This document shows positions 58,176-64,000 of a DNA stretch of 64,000 nt, piece by piece; position 1 is the first letter of the stretch; each line of letters opens with the position of its first letter. The translations under genes and the position numbers were made by a program. Where the stretch lies: positions 1 through 64,000 of the IMG/VR virus record IMGVR_UViG_3300014502_000001, one strand, 5' to 3'. The notes below the pieces were generated by a model, which saw only the letters and a program-made list of their open reading frames with translations, did not search any database and was not told the DNA's origin. The stretch is from a virus.

Positions 58176-59324
58176 TTATCTCCCTTGGCCGTCACGCGTC
58201 AGAGCCGTGATAAGCCTGTTTTGAAATTCGTTGGCCTGAGCCGTCGTGCAAGTACCCATGCGGAAGGCGCGAGGAACACCAACCGATGCCCGCCCGTCGT
58301 TCATATTCCAATAAGCGTTGGCCTGAGAAACCAAATTCATGGATTCGATCGAACCGGGAGTGCCCACAAACGTGGTTGCCCAACCGCGATCCTCGCGCAG
58401 CCCGAAAAGGTTAAGCTCAAGATTCCTGCTAGGCCGCACCCGCGCTAGCGCCGTGCGCACACGAGTGGCAACCGCCGGAAGCCACTCATCGCTGAAATTG
58501 ACTCGTACCGAATTCGCCTCAGTACCAGGCTCCACGCCCGTAGTGTGGTGCGGTGCGGGCACCGACCAGAGCGCCATCAGATCCTTACAGCTCCGGTCGG
58601 CCAGGTCATCAGCGATGCAGCGGCGGAAGGCGCTCAGGTCAGCCGTGCTGATCCGGGCGATCCGTTTGTAATCCGAGTCGGAAGGAGTGGACTCATAAGT
58701 GATTTTGTCGTGGACCAAGCACATCCAAAAAATGCGCTTGACCATTTTCAGAACGGTCTCAGCCATTTCCTTATTCCGCCACAGGTTAGTGGGCGGAACG
58801 CGGTACTCAACACCCCAGGTCTGCCGCCGCCACGCGCCGAGGCTGTCATAGCCCGAGCCGCGCCGCGCTGAGCCAGCCAGATCGCGCAGAGGCTTGCCGA
58901 TGAAATCGTCCAGCACCTTTACGATCTCATTCATCTGGCCGTCGTTGAGATATACGCTTGTCTCTTCCTTGAGGCCCAGGTGGATATGGCCACCCAGCGA
59001 ATATCGATCGCCTCGGATGCTCAGCGTGTAATTGGCATAGCGCCTATTAAAGCCACGCAGCAGCCGCGCAAAGTCGTGAACCACGCGCCGAGTGGAATGA
59101 TGAAAACGCGGGCGGAACTCAACCTGGTCGCCGGAGCCGTCCACTCCGATCTGAGCATGGGTGCCGCCGCTGACCAAACGGCTAGCGCTGACGACCCGCT
59201 GACTGGAACGCTCCATCAGCTCAAACTCAGGATCCGCTCCAACCGTAATCTGGCTGGCCGAAAGGCTGCGCAGCTTAGGAGCCTGGTCCTCCGTCTTCCG
59301 AATGTTACGAGTGACTTTTGGCAT
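58176..59324 (-). CDS. phiEco32-like COOH-NH2 ligase (amidoligase)
   Basis: VGADPEF, DG..VEFRP, GGHIHLG, GVEYR. Confidence 0.8.
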   Translation of the reverse strand: MPKVTRNIRKTEDQAPKLRSLSASQITVGADPEFELMERSSQRVVSASRLVSGGTHAQIGVDGSGDQVEFRPRFHHSTRRVVHDFARLLRGFNRRYANYTLSIRGDRYSLGGHIHLGLKEETSVYLNDGQMNEIVKVLDDFIGKPLRDLAGSARRGSGYDSLGAWRRQTWGVEYRVPPTNLWRNKEMAETVLKMVKRIFWMCLVHDKITYESTPSDSDYKRIARISTADLSAFRRCIADDLADRSCKDLMALWSVPAPHHTTGVEPGTEANSVRVNFSDEWLPAVATRVRTALARVRPSRNLELNLFGLREDRGWATTFVGTPGSIESMNLVSQANAYWNMNDGRASVGVPRAFRMGTCTTAQANEFQNRLITALTRDGQGR

Positions 59325-59345
59325 TTTCTTTTCCTCCCGAGTATG

Positions 59346-59408
59346 ATTATACTCCGTTATTAACAGGAGTCAAGTGGATTCCAGCCTATTGGGTGGATTC
59401 CAGCCTAT
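59346..59408 (-). promoter_or_regulatory. Promoter TTGACT-N16-TATAAT with tandem ATAGGCTGGAATCCAC boxes
   Basis: Boxes at 59374-59389 and 59393-59408; SD GGAGG before ATG 59324. Confidence 0.75.
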
Positions 59409-59490
59409 ATACTGCTGAAAATAAATGAGATAAAAAGATGTGAAAATTTCACAATTTTACTTGTGAATTTGGGGAGGAATTCTGTAAATT

Positions 59491-59955
59491 TTAGGCTATA
59501 TACGGCTGATGATTCTTGCGCCAGACCTTTAGCTTAGTCTGCCATTCGGATTTTTCTTTTCTTCTTTGCCTGGAACACGAATCTTTTTCAGATAGAAAAT
59601 TTTTTCTGTAATATGCAGTCAGCAAAGCCTGATAATGTTTCCGACAGTTCTTGCGATTAGCAGTGAACGCTCCCTGGCCGCCGCTTGTTGAATTGACTAA
59701 ATTATATCCAAGCTCTATATATTTCTTGATCTGCTCTTTTTCCGTTACACCCCAAACAGCATTAGATTTTAGCAAACATATTTTAATCTTATGTCCTTTG
59801 TCAGTGACTGATCTTATCCACTCATTACAGCTATTCGCGCCCGTCACCAGGATGTGCTGTTTCAGTCTCTCCTCTAACAATCTGCTGGTCTGTCCAATAT
59901 ATCGCATAGCAGAATTACCAGGCTCTGTGGAATAGAGGAAATAAACTTTGGTCAC
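59491..59955 (-). CDS. GIY-YIG endonuclease (paralogue of 92-796, no NUMOD3 tail)
   Basis: KVYFLYSTEPGNSAMRYIGQT...LVNSTSGG. Confidence 0.8.
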   Translation of the reverse strand: MTKVYFLYSTEPGNSAMRYIGQTSRLLEERLKQHILVTGANSCNEWIRSVTDKGHKIKICLLKSNAVWGVTEKEQIKKYIELGYNLVNSTSGGQGAFTANRKNCRKHYQALLTAYYRKNFLSEKDSCSRQRRKEKSEWQTKLKVWRKNHQPYIA

Positions 59956-60004
59956 GATCTGATTATAACTATTACACGAATATATTACAACCAGATCGTG
60001 ACCA
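59949..60004 (-). promoter_or_regulatory. Promoter TTGTAA-N17-TATAAT enclosed by a perfect 13-bp inverted repeat
   Basis: TGGTCACGATCTG (59949-59961) / CAGATCGTGACCA (59992-60004). Confidence 0.7.
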
Positions 60005-60020
60005 GCAAATGGAAGCAGAT

Positions 60021-60275
60021 TCAGCCGCCGACGCGGGCGGAGTGCCTCATATTGTCACGTACCACTGAGAGAAATCTGTCCAGCTCATTTTTGGCTTTTC
60101 TGAGATGGCAGATTGTCTCTTCATAAACCGTTCCAACGCCCACTAGCTTTGCATAGTCCATGCCAAGCTTTGTTTCCAGTTCTTTGTTGCGCAGCCGCAT
60201 TTGCTCCAGCGTCTCGTTCACAAAGCGAACCTGCGCCAGCGCAAGCTGCTCCGCCTCAGGCAGCGAGATTGTCAT
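60021..60275 (-). CDS. Hypothetical coiled-coil protein
   Basis: ORF with upstream SD-like sequence. Confidence 0.55.
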   Translation of the reverse strand: MTISLPEAEQLALAQVRFVNETLEQMRLRNKELETKLGMDYAKLVGVGTVYEETICHLRKAKNELDRFLSVVRDNMRHSARVGG

Positions 60276-60289
60276 TATTCACCCCTTCA

Positions 60290-61672
60290 TTATTTTCCCG
60301 CTAAAGCTTTCAGCACGTTCCACGGATCGCTGTCGGGATTGGCAGCATCACCAGCGAGAGCATTATCGATAGACTCCCACAGTGGGTCTTTATTCTCGCC
60401 GTAGTTGTTGAAGAAGTTGTAATCCTGAATTACTTCGGAAATGAAAATGCTGTACATTTCCTTGGCTTGCGGAACGGTTGGTCCGGTTGACCAGCCGGAG
60501 AAATGACCTTGGGCCAGTGGGTCCTGGCTGTCACCATCAATGCGAATAGGCCAGCCCATTGTTTTAGCCTGCCCAATCATTTTTCTCAGCGACTCCGGAC
60601 TGTTGGGCAAATGCCATTCAACGCGCAGTCCGGGATAATCCTTGAACAGCACAGGCATGAACAGGGTCATGTCATGCGCGCCAGCGGCTGAAATGATAAT
60701 CTTGTTGTTAGCCGCGCCCGCCGCTGAAACATTCTGCACAAACCATCGCAGAAAATCTCCAAAGATTTTGTCGTTCTGCTCTTTGGTCTCATAGGATTCT
60801 TGGCCACGGCTGACCTCGTTGGTGCTGATCTCGTACTGGACGCCCGAGGAGACAATCCTTTTAGTGATCCACTGAAAATAAATACCCATGTATTCTTTCT
60901 GGGTTCCGGTGTCCGCGCCGAAGCCACCAAACATGCCGCCCGTATGGATGCGGAGGCCGTGCTTGATGCTGCCGTCCAGTCCGAAATATTCGCCCGGATC
61001 ACTAGCGCTCTCAGCACCGATATGCTGATGGCAAACGATCCACGGGTGATGCCTAGAATCCCAAGGAGCGTTAGGACCTGAGTAATTCAATCCACAAGCG
61101 ATTGAAACATTGAGCAGGATATCTCGTTCCTTACAGAGCTGAATAAGATAATCCAGCTTGTCGATGAAATTGGGATCCCAAGGCTCGCCATATTCGTCGG
61201 ACTGCGCAATCGTAAAGACCGGAAAATGCTCATCACCGAATTTAGGCTCAGTGAAATATCCCACAATCTTATAGACTGTATTTTTCCAGCCTTCTACTGG
61301 AGCAATGCCCCAGACATCATTCAGCATGATGCGCAAGCGCGAGCCTTTATATTTTACCATCTTGTCCACGTATTGTTTCATCTGGGGTTTGCTCCAGGCA
61401 TAAAGATGATAGGAGTCCAGGCCAATACGAGGAATAGACTGATCTGCTTTTTCAATCGGCGGCGTGGGCGGAATGACTGAGTGCATTTTGCAGATCTCAG
61501 CAGGAGCCGCTTGGTCGGCGGGCGGCTTAGCGTCCTTGTAATATCTGCGATCCGCCTTGTGAGGACAGGCCGGATTGGACAGGAACAGTGGATTGTCCAG
61601 GCAGATGTTCACGACGACCGTGGGACGCTTGGGACAGAACCATCCAAGATGCTTACAGAACCAATTGCTCAT
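60290..61672 (-). CDS. Putative glycoside-hydrolase-like TIM-barrel protein with Cys/His N-terminal domain
   Basis: RLRIML, D..FIDKLDYLIQLCKERDI.L.V and ISTNE, typical of clan GH-A barrels. Confidence 0.45.
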   Translation of the reverse strand: MSNWFCKHLGWFCPKRPTVVVNICLDNPLFLSNPACPHKADRRYYKDAKPPADQAAPAEICKMHSVIPPTPPIEKADQSIPRIGLDSYHLYAWSKPQMKQYVDKMVKYKGSRLRIMLNDVWGIAPVEGWKNTVYKIVGYFTEPKFGDEHFPVFTIAQSDEYGEPWDPNFIDKLDYLIQLCKERDILLNVSIACGLNYSGPNAPWDSRHHPWIVCHQHIGAESASDPGEYFGLDGSIKHGLRIHTGGMFGGFGADTGTQKEYMGIYFQWITKRIVSSGVQYEISTNEVSRGQESYETKEQNDKIFGDFLRWFVQNVSAAGAANNKIIISAAGAHDMTLFMPVLFKDYPGLRVEWHLPNSPESLRKMIGQAKTMGWPIRIDGDSQDPLAQGHFSGWSTGPTVPQAKEMYSIFISEVIQDYNFFNNYGENKDPLWESIDNALAGDAANPDSDPWNVLKALAGK

Positions 61673-61674
61673 TG

Positions 61675-61860
61675 CTATCTCCTATAGGCAAGAAATACTG
61701 GAATGATAATCCCGACCACAATAAACAGAACTATGGCCAGGACTCTCCCTGACTGATGTGGCGCTGTTAGCTCTGAGATAGAGGCATAACACCCTGTCAT
61801 AGGCAGCAGCACCACCACAGGCCATTTCAATTGCTTGCGCAACTGACTTTTGAATATCAC
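61675..61860 (-). CDS. Small membrane protein
   Basis: Two hydrophobic segments. Confidence 0.45.
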   Translation of the reverse strand: MIFKSQLRKQLKWPVVVLLPMTGCYASISELTAPHQSGRVLAIVLFIVVGIIIPVFLAYRR

Positions 61861-61894
61861 TTAGTCCTCTGATCTGGAATAATTGTTAGAAGCA

Positions 61895-61924
61895 GGGCTG
61901 ACAGCCCAACTGGACTGCCAGCCC
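61895..61924 (-). terminator. Stem-loop, possible terminator
   Basis: GGGCUGGCAGUCC-aguu-GGGCUGUCAGCCC (13 bp with G-U pairs); weak U tail. Confidence 0.45.
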
Positions 61925-61946
61925 CACCATGCGTCGCGCTCTCCCG

Positions 61947-62258
61947 TCAAACGCCCGGTTCGGCAGGAGTGTTGGCGACGACCGCAGCGGCCAGGTTGTC
62001 GGCGGACGTCTTCAAAGAATCAGCGAGAGCCTGAATCTTTGCAGGGTCGTCCTTGATCGCAACCAGCTCGGTCGCGATTCCTTGAATGAGGACGAGCGCG
62101 GACTGCTCAGCGTCTTCATTCGCTTTGACCTGGAGTGTGAGGGCATCGAGTTCCTTGGACATTTGTATCTCCTTTCGCTGGATGGATTCCAGAATAGCCA
62201 AAATCCTGTCCAGCTTATTTTGTGACGCGTCTTCGTGAATATGAATGTGGATATTCAT
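61947..62258 (-). CDS. Helical hypothetical protein
   Basis: ORF with SD AGGAG. Confidence 0.6.
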   Translation of the reverse strand: MNIHIHIHEDASQNKLDRILAILESIQRKEIQMSKELDALTLQVKANEDAEQSALVLIQGIATELVAIKDDPAKIQALADSLKTSADNLAAAVVANTPAEPGV

Positions 62259-62269
62259 AGTTGTTCTCC

Positions 62270-62815
62270 TTACTTTCCTTTGGCCTCAAAGCTTATAACT
62301 TCGGGCTGCTTGTTTGCTTGAGCTCGTGTCTTATATACACTAACACCAAGGCCGGCAATGCTAATTATTATTGCGATTATCATGGACGTTTGTGATGCTT
62401 TTCCTGTGGCTACATCGCGGATCTTATTCAGCTCATCCAGATTTGTCTGAATCTTATTCATAATAAGGGTCAGCTCAGCTCTGGTAACAAAAGTTGCGCT
62501 CTGGTCTTTAAGTGTAGCACGAAATTCATTCATGCCAGTCAAGCGTTCGTTCATCGTGGCCTCGGCTTTATCAATAGCCCGCTGAGTCTCGGTGAACCGA
62601 AGATCGATGTACTCTCGCAGAGTAGGATTCTGCGTCATAGGAGCATTAAGCTCTGCGGCAAGGATCTGTGTCGACTCGGAGCTCCAGGAAATTGGGTATT
62701 TTTCACTCCCAAAATAGGATCCTCCGAAAAGTGCAGAAGCTGTATGAAACAACACAGATCCAAGAATAACCGAGAGCAGACCGGCCATAAAAGCTTTTAT
62801 ATTGTTAGACCTCAT
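62270..62815 (-). CDS. Membrane protein with coiled coil (holin/lysis accessory candidate)
   Basis: N- and C-terminal TM helices. Confidence 0.45.
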   Translation of the reverse strand: MRSNNIKAFMAGLLSVILGSVLFHTASALFGGSYFGSEKYPISWSSESTQILAAELNAPMTQNPTLREYIDLRFTETQRAIDKAEATMNERLTGMNEFRATLKDQSATFVTRAELTLIMNKIQTNLDELNKIRDVATGKASQTSMIIAIIISIAGLGVSVYKTRAQANKQPEVISFEAKGK

Positions 62816-62822
62816 TTGCTCC

Positions 62823-63692
62823 TCACCACTCTACCGACATAAGATTGAATTTCAGACTTTTCGGCTCATCAACCATTATCCAGATGCAAGGCCAAAGACC
62901 TATGAATGGAATATCCGCAGAAACCGTTGCCACGACAGCCCCATTAATTTTGTAGACGACCGTGGTCGCGGTGGCGACAATCTCGAATTCATAGACAGTG
63001 TTTGGAAGAATGGTGATATTTGAATCTACTTCATTGTGTCCAGCTCCAGCTCTGGAACACGAGAAGAAATGACCACCATCATGTGACACGAAACAGAGAG
63101 CGTCGCTGTCGGGATAATCAGCGTCGTTTGCACCGGAAGTTCTCATTCCTAGCATGAAGCGCCAGTTGCTCACAGAGGCTTGAGTTTTCACTCTGCAAAA
63201 GAAAGAAAAGTTAAAGGAAGCTCTGACATGCTCCTGTGCCATATAAAGCGCTCCAGCTGGAGTGAAATCAGACCACAGCTCCCACAAAAAATCTGCATCC
63301 GGCGAGGATGTTTTTGATCCTGTTCCATGGATTGATGGTGCCAGGCAACCGTAGTAGTACATGGATCCCGGCTGGCTAGGACTAGGCATGACCACCAGTT
63401 TTCTTCTAGGAATAACTACAGCTGTGACTGGAGCAGAATATGGAGCTCTATTTTCCCAGCGTGCAAGAATAGCATTCCAGGTCAGGACGTTTGCTTCTGC
63501 TGGGGTGGGCACTTCCACGTCGGTCAGATCGTCAAGCTTTTGAGCACCGCCGCCGCTGGCTGGAACAGGAACGTGATCATCAACCTGGATTGTGGAAGTC
63601 TCGCCAGGAGCAAGCGTATGGGCTCTTCCAAGGTAATCGTAATACACCTGCATGATCAAACTGTGGTTGGTCACCGTCTGTGTGATAATCAT
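62823..63692 (-). CDS. Tail fibre / receptor-binding-like protein
   Basis: LDDLTDV....P.EANVLTWN....WEN fibre repeat; C-terminal beta-rich lectin-like region. Confidence 0.55.
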   Translation of the reverse strand: MIITQTVTNHSLIMQVYYDYLGRAHTLAPGETSTIQVDDHVPVPASGGGAQKLDDLTDVEVPTPAEANVLTWNAILARWENRAPYSAPVTAVVIPRRKLVVMPSPSQPGSMYYYGCLAPSIHGTGSKTSSPDADFLWELWSDFTPAGALYMAQEHVRASFNFSFFCRVKTQASVSNWRFMLGMRTSGANDADYPDSDALCFVSHDGGHFFSCSRAGAGHNEVDSNITILPNTVYEFEIVATATTVVYKINGAVVATVSADIPFIGLWPCIWIMVDEPKSLKFNLMSVEW

Positions 63693-63701
63693 ATTTTTCT
63701 C

Positions 63702-64000
63702 CTATGCTCTGATTCCTCTCGGACGAATTGCCTTGAACCATTCCACATCACAGGATATGGCATGATAGGCTCCACCATCACTCCAATTTTTCAGACAGAA
63801 GCCTGCCCACCACGGCTGACTGCCGGCATAAATGTTTGTCCACGTGATAGGATTGCCGCCGTTCATCAACTGAGACCAGGACACTCCATCTGTCGATATC
63901 CAGAATGTAAATTGGTTCTTTACAATTCCTCCGATCATTCTGATCTTCAGATATATGGTTGTAGATGAGCTAGCAAATGTGCCGGGCAGGCCTGATGTAC
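63702..64000 (-). CDS. Partial CDS (3' end), ConA/LamG-like beta-sandwich tail protein
   Basis: Frame open to the window edge: IYLKIR...FTFWISTDGVSWSQL...VEWF. Confidence 0.55.
   Translation of the reverse strand, partial: TSGLPGTFASSSTTIYLKIRMIGGIVKNQFTFWISTDGVSWSQLMNGGNPITWTNIYAGSQPWWAGFCLKNWSDGGAYHAISCDVEWFKAIRPRGIRA

Noticed and set aside
59439-59468. TGTGAAAATTTCACA palindrome as a CRP site
   Set aside because: Spacer is 5 nt rather than 6; it may be another operator but cannot be assigned
196-63968. Plus-strand ORFs in the track (e.g. 6501-7355, 20534-21373, 32512-33753)
   Set aside because: Antisense shadows of well-supported minus-strand genes, with no recognisable motifs
1-64000. 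tRNA, rRNA, integrase or alternative genetic code
   Set aside because: No cloverleaf or integrase motifs recognised; long genes read through in the standard code

Overview
A 64-kb segment of a large tailed dsDNA phage genome, with all convincing genes on the minus strand. In transcription order (high to low coordinates): end of a tail/fibre module (60-64 kb); an early region with sigma70-type promoters, a COOH-NH2 ligase + glutamine amidotransferase pair and many small ORFs (50-59.5 kb); helicases; a nucleotide metabolism/modification cluster (Nmad1-like, FAD-oxidoreductase-dUTPase fusion, NTase, radical SAM, ThyX); a DnaE polymerase with an HNH intein and a C-terminal uracil-DNA glycosylase; a T4-style recombination set (UvsY-, gp32-, RecA-, FEN-, SbcD/C-like); RuvC-like resolvase, primase, sigma and Mor-like regulators; terminase, T4-type portal, a MuF fusion and lysis genes. 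The most striking feature lies just downstream of the portal. Four ORFs are built from modules, each starting at an [I/L/V]-x-E site followed by one of two conserved peptide tags (YGVxGMKWG or GGAGSGNFGHSGQGTGEVGGS). The cargo modules include three ADP-ribosyltransferase-like domains, a ParB-like domain, a type IB topoisomerase and basic peptides. I interpret this as a protease-processed, virion-packaged effector polyprotein system. No tRNA or CRISPR array was recognised. All calls come from motif recognition by eye; no searches were run.
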